DNA of 64,000 nt, from NCBI GenBank assembly GCA_037379345.1, contig CM074512.1, positions 44,144,001-44,208,000 of the forward strand, given 5' to 3'. Shown in pieces: positions 23,267 to 35,324 of this stretch. The notes under the pieces were generated by a model. It was given only the letters and a program-made list of their open reading frames with translations. It was not told the origin of the DNA and did no database searches. Position numbers and translations under genes: made by a program. This stretch comes from Perna viridis (lineage: Eukaryota). How positions within the stretch are numbered: position 1 is the stretch's first letter; every line of letters starts with the position of its first letter.

Positions 23267-26200
23267 TAATGAAATGAAATCCTTATTTATCATTTTTTGT
23301 CTTCGTTACATTTTATAGACATACAGTCCCTCTGTATTACACCTAAAGAAGGCTTTTCTTACAAGCTTGTGAATGTTTTTACTCTGATCTTCTTTAAATG
23401 ATACTTTTTATGTATCACTTTTGGTAAAGTTTTACACCACGTAACGATTTTGCGAAGTGAATTATATTTTTGACTGGTCAGTTCATCTGTCAATAATCAG
23501 TTGCCTGTATACAACCTTCGTTATTTGTCGGGTTTCTTTAAACTTCGATTAAGTGTTGGTAAAAATGAAAATTTGAGTGCAATTGATTTTCAAAGAAAAC
23601 GATCGAAAGGGAATACTTTTTCATGAAAAAGACGAGTAAAAATCGTAGATTCATGCTTATCGCCTTGATACAGCTTTTTTCGTAGAATTACTTTAAAATG
23701 GATTGCATCTTTGCTCTACAAGATTGTCCAACATAAGGGCGTGTTCGTGGTGTTAGCATGATCATTTAAGATTTTTTTATAGGCAAAAGGTATACAGTTA
23801 AAAATTGCTTTGAAAATACAAGTTCATTTTTTTTTGTTGGGGTGGGGAATTTTTTCGAAAAAAAATCTGTTAATTTCACTTCATTTCAATCAACAATGAA
23901 CAAAGCGACACTGGTAATAATTGGAATAATTGCAAGTATTTTGCAGGAAGGTATTCTTCTGTCATCACAGCTGTTATACACTGACAGAAGCATCTCAGTA
24001 TTTTACCATATGTTTTCTATTTGTTTACTTTTTTTTAAAATTTATATTTCACCACTTTTTTTATCTGTGATATTTTATATGTTTGTTTTATGATAACTGG
24101 ACGAGGTTCTAGTCCATGTGCACCGTGTTATTGCACACTGTTAATAGTGTGATTACAATATTGCAATGCTGATAACATTCTTTGTTAAATAACTGAGTAA
24201 AGTTTTGTTTTGATACTGAATTTATTTGAAAATAAACGTTATATTGTTAGCAGGTTGTTTTTATTTTTCAAGTTATTCACTTGAATGATAACTATTTAAA
24301 GCTGTTCTTACATATTTTTATTAATTGGCACATTATTAAGTCAGAAGAGGGAAGGAGGGTATCCGTGGTCTATGATTCTACCATCAAATTTGAATAGTAA
24401 AAGTCGACTTGTGTCTAAGTTTTTGAAGTATTTTTTATGCAGTTATTCCCCGCTCAATTTTCGAAACCATTACTTATCAATAGAAGAAAGAATGTGAAAG
24501 GGAAATTTTGCGTCATTCAGAAATGTAAAATTTTTGTTTACATCGTCAAAACATTTTGTACCTGTCATCGCATTTTCCATTACCAATATCTCCTGACAAA
24601 ATACAGTTTATATAACTATATTTTTTAGATATACTTTCGAACAAGGTAGGAAATTAAAACCATTTAAAATAATAACGAAGACATTAAGTAGCTATAAACG
24701 TCTCGATATATTTGTTGATGTGTCTCTGTCCATGTCAAGTTAGAATTCCTTCCTGGTTTTTCTGTCATGAACAACAAGTCTACTATATAAGTACACCCTA
24801 TAGAACACAAGGAAAAGGTCATATAAACTGCTGTATTACTAAGAAACAAGCTACTTACAAAGCTAATTACCCTTTACAAGGTAGTTCTAAAATGGGCTGA
24901 AACGTTGTTATTGGAATCTTTGACAATAATTGGGGTTAACTTTAAACCCGTTATTGTCATATTGTGGCAAATTTGAAATGAACATAATTTGTCAAGTAAT
25001 TGCCTTATCAATGATCGTTAGAAACCAGGATGATTGTTGCTCGATGTTCTTGAAGATGACATGTGTAAACATGGAATTTAGGAAACATATTATCAATGGT
25101 TAGTATAACAATTACACAGCATCGGCGAGTATGTAACGACCAAAATTCCTAAATACTAAAACTGGAAGGTGACGATCTCAGATGGCAATCACCTTAAAAG
25201 AGTGCATTTAATAATTTAGCTCAGTAAGTCTCTTGAGTGATACTTATCAAAGCTGAACCTTTTTGTAACCAGTTTTTTTTGCTTCCTGAAGGATGGTGTT
25301 CGATTTACGAGAGAACAATCTAACAACGGGATTCAAACACAATAGTCGAGTTAAGCCAAGCGGTTTATTTGGGGTTTTATAGGGTTCAGTTTAAAAGCAT
25401 TATCAATGAAATGTAGGAAAGCGCATATTTTCAAGTAAATGACCGCAAATGACCATAATTTGAAAACAACATAGTCTTCATTTGTAGAAACTTATACCAG
25501 GTCGTATGTTCTGCATCATAACAGAATAGTGAGAAAGGGACCAATTTTGCTGTTTCTAAATAAAAAAAAAATGTTAATTTTGCTGTAGTGTTTTCATTTG
25601 TATACAAGCTGAGCACAAAGACAAAACAAACAAACAAAAATGAAATCGAATGAGGAAAATACTTTAATTGCTGTATTTATGAGCAAATCATATACCTAGT
25701 AGGATAACAGTCAAATCATAGACATTGCGTTATTTCCTGATGAAATTTATAAGTAAAAAGAACAAATTTTACTGTGTCGGCTATCTTTTTTCCAAGACAG
25801 TACTTGTTATAAGATATGACTAACTAACACAGTTCCGTTCAACTATCGTTCACTCGTTTATCACACGACGGTAAAGGTAAATATGTGGGAAGATTTGGGA
25901 CCGATCGATTGTGCTTGCTGATACTTATTTTTAGTCTTTTGTGCAGAACCGAAGATTGTAGTTATGTCGTTATAATTTTGTTGTTCCATGAACATATCCT
26001 AATTTTATGATAACTCAAGAATTTTGGTTTCAAGTTATCTGTTTCGGACTTTTAGCTTTACTAACCATGCTTTAGTTTTAAGATTTCTGTGTATTTCTAT
26101 TTAATTTTGATTATTTCTGTTATATGCTAATGCTTCGTATACGACCACAAAAAAGAGGTTATATAGTGATACGTCGTCGCCGTCGGAACTTTATGAACTT

Positions 26201-29200
26201 GTTCCACAAAAAGAAAAACAAATGTTCAAACAAAACCAAAGCAAAACCATTCGTGTTGGTATCGCGTATTGCATTATTCTATGTCCTTTTTTTTTAAGTT
26301 GATCGAAGGGATACATCATTAAAGGCCGTTTGATTTCAACAAAATATTTATTCTGGTTGTTCTTTGTAGATGAATCTGTCTTTCCTTTTAGATTTTTGTT
26401 ATTAGGCTATATTTTATGGTTAATGTACTATTTTCAAGATGTTTAAAAGTTTTTAGACCTCTCTCATATTGTTTAGGAAACCTGTGTTTTGTCAAAATTC
26501 AACCCAATTCAGATTCAGAATTGTAAAAAGTACATATTTGCGCAGATTTTTCATGGGTCGATCCTTGCTGTGGTATCAAGTTGTGCCTATTCAACTTCTG
26601 ATTTCGGCGATTTTTTTTTCAATCACGGTCATGCCATGATTGAAAAGAAAAACTTCTTTTGCTATATTCCGTTCCGATTTACATGGCATTTCAGCGGCTG
26701 TTTTATCTACGTAATCAATTCAAACTGTTATAGATATTAAGCATTTAACATGACAGGTGATATTGAAAGAGCAGAAGACTATAAAATTATTAAAAACCAT
26801 GACTTAAAAAAAAAAAAAATGGGCCTCGATGAAATAAAAATCTTACAAAATCCTTAAGACTTATAATATTACAGTGATAACGCCAATCAGCCTTGGGATT
26901 TTATAACATCACACACAGATAAGAACTATTCCAGCTTTCAGTAATTTTCCAAGTATCGTGGCGCTGGGACAATTCGTCTATAAACCATGTATTGTATGCT
27001 TGTGTCGGTATTTGTTATATTCGGTTTTTACTCTGTCTACATTTCATATTATTTTGATTTATTGAAATGATACGTAACATTCAACCATTGTTCTATAAAA
27101 GCGAAGTGTTTCGTTTTCATATATTCGAGGGCATTCCCCTTCGGTAGATCTATACCTAGTGCATATTTTATTCTAGTAATCGAAAGGGAAAAGCCATCTG
27201 TAGGGAGTCGACTTAAATAATTAAAATATCAAGCATTCAATACAACCTGCTCTATAGTACAACAGTATTTACTGATAATAAAAAGTAAGAGAATGATAAA
27301 TCTCTTTAATCATACCTGCACAATCTGACTATTGACAGCCTTTGGTGAAACACCTGTGGCACGACGGCTGTTTCATCTCTTTATATATATAACTATCATA
27401 TATCTAACATCTTGTGGAGTTTCCAAGATATCCCCGTTATTTATTCCTCGTATATCAGCTCCTGAAACCATTAAAATGAGAAAAACACCTGTACAATAAA
27501 CATTTTCAATTTGCATATCTATGTATAATAAAGAATATAATATCGCATTGTTTTTATTGCAGTCTTATTAGTGACAGACATACATAAAAGAAATTTTCTT
27601 GTATTTTTTGCCTTTTTTCACCGTCTGTAAAATTTCACGTCATGTTTTACTTGCTGACTTGTTAGTTTCGTTTCTGGATTATACGAAACAATGATATTAC
27701 ATTAGCTGGTAATGACATGATATACTCAACAAACTATGCAATATGGCTCACCATCTGCTGATAAAAGCATGTTTTATTGTTACTAATGCGCAATATATAA
27801 ACTATTCTGCTTTCTATCTCTCCTCACAACAGCTCGGGTTTATTTACTGCAATACAGTGGTTGTATTCAGTCAGTTCTAGTCAGATTCCTTAGTCTATAC
27901 AATCAAGAGAACACAGCAGTGAAAGTAACGCCTAAAGTTAATTACTCTTGATCAAAAAAAAAAAAAAAAAAAAAAAAGAAAGAAAGAAAGAAAGATGTAG
28001 GATTCTTTGTGTTGATTAGAAGAAATCCTCGGAATTATCAAAACTTTTCTTTTTATTATATTCTTATTCTCGGCGTATGAGTATGTATTATAGTACGTTA
28101 TTGTATCAAAATGAAATCGCATTGCATATACATAATATACAAGAATCATTGTTAACTCGAAGTATTCTTTTAACTGATTTTGGGGTAAAACGTTCAAATT
28201 GACTGCAAATACCGAAGAGAAGGACGAGAGGTGAAGACACCCCAACTCCCAACTCCCAAGCCGCCAACCCCCTCCCCCCTCCCAAAAAAAAATTATTAAG
28301 ATGATATCTCAATATTGGCAAAATAATTTAACATGTTATTATATACGTAGCCGTATTATTTTTAAGTGAAATACAAAGAGATTCAGAATTTTAGCAATAA
28401 AGAATGTAAATTAATGGAATTAAGCAAAGATCAGGCTTAAAGTGTTATAAAACACTTCAACTCTCACTCACCTTTTTAAGTCGCCAATATTGTTAACGAC
28501 TTCTTGCACTCGTAATTTCTGTACTGTACATTCATAAATGATTTGCATAATCATATATTTATCCATTGCCTTATGCTGCTGATCGGTGCCGTAGAACTAA
28601 ATTCTAGCTTCATACGAGATCAAAATGTACCTCTTAAGTACCATACGTTTACATGTGTTCTACGTGGTTTTTTTTTACTTATATAAGAGCGGGAAGTTTA
28701 CATTAAAGATGAAACGATCGATTAGCATTGAACTTACTGTAATATAGCTGAGAAACTCCTAGTCTCCGTGTTGTGTTGTTTGAGAGATTTCTACATTCGT
28801 GTCATCACGGTTACGAAGTAACCCGATTTTAAGCAGAGCATGCATATCGCAACTTCGCTTAAAGTTTGCCGACTTAGCCAATTGACGAACTATTGCGTTA
28901 CACAACAAAGTTCAAAGTTTAAAAGTAAACTCTAATGAGCTTTTAAAAGTTCTAAAATGTCAAGTATATTTTCGAAAGAATACACTTATTTTGCTGGTAA
29001 TGTACAAATGTACGATAGGTAAAAAAATGTGAAATGGAAAAGAACGTTTACAAACGATGGTGATATAACTTTTTGTAGGTTTAACTGGTCTGAAGCTGGC
29101 ATGTCAGTTAACTGCTAGTTTGTACATTTGTGTAATTTATATTTAATTTCTTTATTTCCGTTGTAACAAAGGACTCAGGCCTTTTTGAACTGATTTTCAG

Positions 29201-29234
29201 GTGTGATTAATGGTGTAATATTTTTCAACGAGTC

Positions 29235-29516
29235 AGTTTTCCTTTCGTCGTTTGTCTACCCCGGACTTGACTTTTTATGAGCAACTCGACGGGTGTTTCT
29301 AGAAAAGCAGAGCACGCTTACCCTACCGGTGCACCTGGTCCATGCTCCCAGTTTTTAGTGGAGTCCGAGTTGCACATTTGTTTTTGTTACTTTGTATGTA
29401 TGATTTTAGTTACTTGATGTTCTTTGTTGTGTATGTCTGTTTTCCATGTCTGGTCTTTGTCCCTGGATTACATTCTTTTGATTACCGCTATAACCTTGGT
29501 TCCCTTGATTACTCTT
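29235..29516 (+). mobile_element. 3' UTR copy of the Penelope-like family
   Basis: Full-length 3' UTR match to about 59683-59948. Confidence 0.9.
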
Positions 29517-29564
29517 TCTATAGTGGCCAGATTTTAAAGAGAGGTTGTGATAACCCCGAAGTAC

Positions 29565-29845
29565 CTTAACCCGCCGCAATTTTTGCGCCTATCCCAAGTC
29601 AAGACTTTCTGGATCTGTATGTCTTGCTTCGTTTTAAACTTTAGTTATTTTTTTATGTTACATCAGTATATGGGGCAACCCTTTCGCTGTACCATTGTAA
29701 AATGATTTTTGGGGCACCTGCAGCCTGACTTGTCGTATGAGGATTTCCTCGCCGTTCATTGAAGACCAATTGGTGGTATTTTGCTGACATTTTTATTCCG
29801 GTGGGGTTGTTGTCTCTTTGACATATACGTCATAGCTATTCTCGT
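29565..29845 (+). repeat. Degenerate interspersed repeat directly after the PLE copy
   Basis: ttaacccgccgca..tttgcgcct.tcccaagtca and gggttgttgtctctttgaca resemble an abundant mussel repeat as I recall it; single copy in this window. Confidence 0.4.
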
Positions 29846-30049
29846 GATATGAATGTATATTATCAATCGACCTAAAATCTTCAAGTTACAGCTCACTAAA
29901 ATTTGTGATTTTTTTAAAGTCTGAACCAAGTCCACACAAAAATCTACGGCATGGTTTATGGTGAAAATGTGAAAATCATTAATTGGTTGGGAGTTTAGCT
30001 TAGTAGAGCATTGAATTCGCCTGGATGTTGAAAGCAGCATAGAATATTT

Positions 30050-30545
30050 GACGATTAGCGACTTCAGCCTATGATTTATTTAGACGCTTTCCATACTTGA
30101 ACAAAAATCAACATATTGATCACAATGACTATTTCGCGATTTTACAATATAAAGTTGAAGTCAAGAATACTCAAAATTTTGTTTCGATCATTTCTCCTTC
30201 GGAAGTGTTTTTTTATGTTTCCTCAAATCAATGTTGTCGCTTAAAAATTCTGTGACGGCCATCAATAAAACATGTCGGCCGACATGACGAGTAATATGAG
30301 GGCAGATTTGTTCAATGTGTCGAGATTTCCTCCTTCGTTTTATATATAACTTTGGGAGTGTCTGTAGAAAATGCTAAAGGTGCTTACCCTCCCAATTCAC
30401 CTGGGTCATTGCAGATGGGAATGGGATGTGAGTTCGACCGGTCTTTGTATTTACTTTTGTATATGTTGTTCTTTATTTCTGTCCATTTTCTGTCATTTGC
30501 CACTGTTCCATGTAGTATGGGCCTTGTATAATCGGATTTCACTTT
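30050..30545 (+). mobile_element. Old, diverged Penelope-like remnant
   Basis: gatttgttcaatgtgtc is identical to the ORF end at about 59663-59679; downstream gcttaccctcc...cacctg core is present. Confidence 0.6.
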
Positions 30546-30717
30546 AACATTGGTAACACTTAATTCCACATTAACATATGATCGAGGACCGATGTTGTTA
30601 TTTCGGTAACAAATTCATCGCATAAACGAGAAACCATAGTTCAGTAGAAGACTAAGGTGTATTGGTAGGGAAATGATTGTGTCATTTATCATGTTTCCAC
30701 ACATAAAAAATGGTATA

Positions 30718-30922
30718 CTCTGGAAGTACTATAATTCGTGGATACCAATTTTCGTGGAGAAGGGAAGAAACACCAGTTCGTGGATTCTTGAATTCGTAGT
30801 TTTGAGGTTTTCAGTATACACAATAATGGGAATCTCCTTTTCGTTGGGAACCAAATTTCATGGTCTGGCCTACCCAAGAAAACCCGAAAATTGGTACCCC
30901 ACGAACAATAGTTCTTTCACAC
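30718..30922. mobile_element. ~205 bp MITE, TA-flanked (Tc1/mariner-type)
   Basis: Imperfect TIRs of about 40 bp (ttcgtggataccaattttcg versus cgaaaattggtaccccacgaa); TA on both sides. Confidence 0.7.
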
Positions 30923-31545
30923 TATTAAGTGTTGATGTGCAGTTGTCCTTAAGCTAAAATCCGACAGATTGAATTCTATTGGTTTTCTAAACTGTTTTGT
31001 CAGAAATGGACTTAAATTACACAGTGCCTTTTATATATTTATAGAAGATAATACCTAATTTTGCTGACTCTTTCAGTATTCCCAAAACGTCATCTAAAGT
31101 AAAACAAATGCTTGAAAAAAAACAATTTATTGGATGTTAATATTCTGTGCAATAATTCCAATGATTTCGATGGACGTCTTTAGTTTCTTAGCAATGCAAA
31201 CATAATTTAAGTCCTGTTCTTTTTCAACAAATCACATTTATGTCTTTAGAAGACTTTAAGGTTACACAAGTTAACATGAACAAATAAATTAAGCACTTGT
31301 TTTTGATTTATACTTCAAATAATTTGACTCTTGCGATATCGATTAAGATTTAGAACGAAGAGTTATTTGATATAGGTAGCTCGGGTAGGTTTTGAAGGAC
31401 ACGAATGTATTTTTCTGCGTTTTTATTTTGTGTCTGGTTAGCTGATAAAATTGAAAAAAAATCATAATTGTCAGAACATTTACAAAAACGTACAAAGGTT
31501 TTGTCCTGATGCAACCATATTACGGAAAGAAATAACTTAATTCAT

Positions 31546-31614
31546 TGTGCGTGTATATGCATGTATGTATGTATGTATGTATGTGCGTGTGTATGTGTGT
31601 GTGTGTGTATGTGT
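31546..31614. repeat. (TGTA)n/(TG)n compound microsatellite
   Basis: Directly visible in the sequence. Confidence 0.9.
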
Positions 31615-34589
31615 TGCAATTATTTTTTCAAGCTCAGTCTAATTTGTGCTTAATTTGGATCTTCTTTCTGCTTAAAAACTTGTAGGGCCTGTGAACATTT
31701 TTAATAGATGTAATCCGAAGATTTTTTATTGTATTTTTGTTACATTTGCCACATCCAAGTGTCGACACAAGAAGACTTTGGTTTCACATAATAATGCTGT
31801 TAGTTTCTGATACATCACAAGGAAATATTACTTATAAGGTAACATTAAATGACAAATTCATGCATACTTTCATACCAGCAGCACAAATTACTGATCTATA
31901 GATGTTTCTTATAGAATAGAAAATGTGCTTGTGGATAACAAATCCAGAAAATCAGTATTAAAATGGTATTACTAAAACGATTTGATTACTACAATTAATA
32001 AACTCCATGTGTAAACCCAAGATAATTCGGACATGGCCTAAGAGGGTCTTTAACGGAGTACTATATTGTCTTTTCCAGGTGGCACTCACCTGAGTTGACC
32101 TCCCACAGGTGTTCATTGTTCAAAGACAAAATAGTTTGTAGATTTCAAACACGTGTTTAAGTGTAAACATCGTAATGCATTTTGATTGATCCAGAAAGAT
32201 TAACATGTAGATTTCATATCCATCCATCAATTGTAAATGTATATTCCATTAAGATCTATACTGTGCTTATGAACACAAAGTGACCATCTGGGAGATTTGC
32301 TTAATAGCATCTTAAGTAAAGAGATTATAAACTCTAAAGAGTTGCCAAATACTTCAGATATCATGCTATTCGACATAACTTTGATAAGCTTTACATACAG
32401 AGGGTTTTATTCTGATAGTTTCTGTTAAATTTGTTGAAACAGGAGTTAATTTCGCGGTAAATAATACTTATCTAATGTTTCACAAAAGGTCTACCAGAGT
32501 ATTTCATTTATATTTCGAGCCTACGTTGAGATAATTACACATGTACGTCTATTCTAGTACCATGATATATTTAAAACACAACATCTGAGTCCCTGAATAT
32601 ACATGTATTTATATGTCTTATATTTGATACATAAGTTTATCGCACTTGTACTTTTAAATAACGTTGGCAGCTACCTATATTATTAACTGCATCAGATGCA
32701 TGCTCATTTAACTGATGTCTATAAGGAAAGGGTTGACCGATTAGTTTGAACATAAATATGGACTAAAATAATGAGGTTTGACTCCGCTGAGGATTCGGGT
32801 CCAGCATGTGTCAAGATTTCTGTAAACTTAATAGTGCCCGTATCTCGAGGGTTTTCCTATCATGGAAAGTAGCCCCTTGGCCATAAATCGGGTCATAAAA
32901 TCTACCGACTGTGTATGGCGTGAATTGACTACTAAAGTAGTAAAACATATTCTACGTTCTTTTCAATGCATACATGTACCATCCTTTTGGGACAGAACTA
33001 TCGCGTATGTAAGTTTAAGTTTTAAAATTCTACATGAAGCTTGAAATACTCGGCGGAAGTTTCCCTACCGGTGCACATGATGTATATCTCGTCGTGTATT
33101 TTCAGTTTCAATATTATATTTGTTGTTTCTTTCGTTGTTTTATTTGGTTGGTGTTTTTTCTTTCAATCTGATATTTAGTATTTGAATTTCGTTCTCTGTG
33201 TCACAATTTTTTGTTGTTGATTTCTTTCCAGTTTTCCACAACCGGTATCAAAAGTAAATATATACATATTGTAACTCATTTGGTATTTTCATTTCTTGGT
33301 GGAGATGTATTTGTGAGCTATATCGGCATTTTTTAAGTAAAGATTCGATTAGATCGAGCATGAAGTCACATTTTCGAAATATTTACAAAAAAAAAAAAAA
33401 AAAAAAAAAAGACATCAGCATCCTCAGCTCCTGAAGCTGTAATATAGTACCAAAAAATCTTGGGTATATGTTTGAAGTTTAATTAAAAACTGTAAAAATG
33501 TTCGGTTAAACTACCAATCTTAATAGAAGTAAACAACCCATTGGTAAAAACTATCATCCCCTTGACTTTTTTTTTATCAACTAAAACGACTTGATGCAAT
33601 TTACATTATGGTTTGATTTCTAAATTAAGTCATTTACAGGTTGAATTTCTATATAATACAATATTTGCGTTATTTAGCAATTTTATCATTTTCAGCCGCT
33701 TCCAAATCAAAGATATTTCATATGCTTAATGAGTGTACCTATATCGAAAAATATTTCATCGGCAATGCAAGCGCATTACCGTAGTCTATTTTAAATTCGT
33801 TGAAAATAAAGTATGAAACAAATGTACTTTCTACGAATTTGTTCATTCGACTATATTATTTTTTGTGTTGTTTGTTGAAATTAATAAAATTATACAAAGA
33901 TATGTATCTTTATGAGAGTTTAACTAGGATCTTTATTTTATTGCTGTCTGGATGGAAAGGTGATTTCATCTAGAAATTGTCACGTGGTGCCTTTTAACCG
34001 CTGCCACTGACGCAATGCGCGTTTGACATTTGCAACAGGATCTGATATTACTATTTTTATTGTGTTCTTTTTCCTCTCTAGTCTAAAAAGTTCACGAAAA
34101 ATATGCTCATAGGATCTTAAGATTGTAATTTAAAGCAAAAAAGATAAACTGGTAACTGAAATAATATAGCCTTTGGACGGGTTAATGAACAAAGGGTGGA
34201 TACCTTTATGGTCATAAAATGCACAAAAATGGTTACGAAAAATGTCTTTTGGCACTCCAAAAAGTACAAATTATGTGAAAATTTTATTGGTCTGTACTAA
34301 CGTAGATCTGATATTAAGACTGATTGCGAGTATTGGTTTGTATGGTAAACCAATCACTGACTGATATCTTTTTTATTGTTCAGCAAACATGATGAGCTAT
34401 TCTAAAATGGTATGATAATTGATATTGCAAATGTGAAATTTTAACAGAATATCTGGAGGATGCATTAAACAATTACCATTCCACGTGAAATATTGAGCAG
34501 TAAATCTGTATTGCATCCATGTTGTCATTTCAGATGCGTAACTCAGTTTCCATTTGTTGAACTTAAACAAGCAGAACGTACCAGATCCT

Positions 34590-34772
34590 GGCAGTAAGGG
34601 CAAGCGGAAATCAGTTGGTTGTCATTCAAAATCAACGGTCACTGTTTTTGGCAAAAGGGGCAGGCAAAAAATAATTGGTTGTGATTTAGAGTAAATACTC
34701 ACCTTTCGTAGCAAGAAAAGCGGGCGAAAATCGTTAAATTGTCACTTTAAGGTAACACTCAAAATTTCTTGC
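34590..34772. repeat. Degenerate tandem repeat, 3 x 60 bp
   Basis: Gap-free period of 60; units 1 and 2 match at about 39/60 positions (counted by hand). Confidence 0.75.
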
Positions 34773-35177
34773 TCACAATATGTAAAATTACCATTTTTTA
34801 ATATTTATAGGTACTTTAATATTTTAATAAAATTTTCATTTTCGCTTCTTGATTCTGACGTCGGTTATCTTAAGGCCTATCTTCCCCTGTGGATTTGTTT
34901 ACTCACTCGTAACTATTTTTTCAGTTCATATACTCCATTACTTTCTTGTTTGTTTTATCCCTCCTTGTGTGTCGATACATCAATTAATACAACAATATTC
35001 ATCCTATCAATCGTATATATATATTTGTAAATCATTTATCTAAGGCAAGGTTGTTGTTACTGCTATTGTTTTTTTATCATGTGTCCAATGCTTCACGTTT
35101 AATTTCGCCACTTTTATGCATTACAATTTTACCAAACGCTTATAGACATATCAATATTTCAAGTACTGAGAGACATG

Positions 35178-35324
35178 AAAGAGTAATCAAGGGAACGTAG
35201 ATTCTATCGGAAATCAAAATAATGTATTCCAGGGACAAAGACCAGACATGGAAAACAGACCCACACAATTAAGAACATAAAAAAATACAGAAGTAAATGG
35301 GCAACTCGGATTCATACGAAAAAC
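35178..35324 (-). mobile_element. Inverted 3' end fragment of the Penelope-like family
   Basis: aaagagtaatcaagggaac...ccagggacaaagaccagacatggaaaacagac...aatgggcaactcgga is the reverse complement of the family 3' end. Confidence 0.85.

Noticed and set aside
23092-29569. Near-identical ORFs at 23092 and 29342 (also 4519 and 59724) that look like a small gene family
   Set aside because: They are translations of the Penelope-like 3' UTR; the frames are not preserved between copies.
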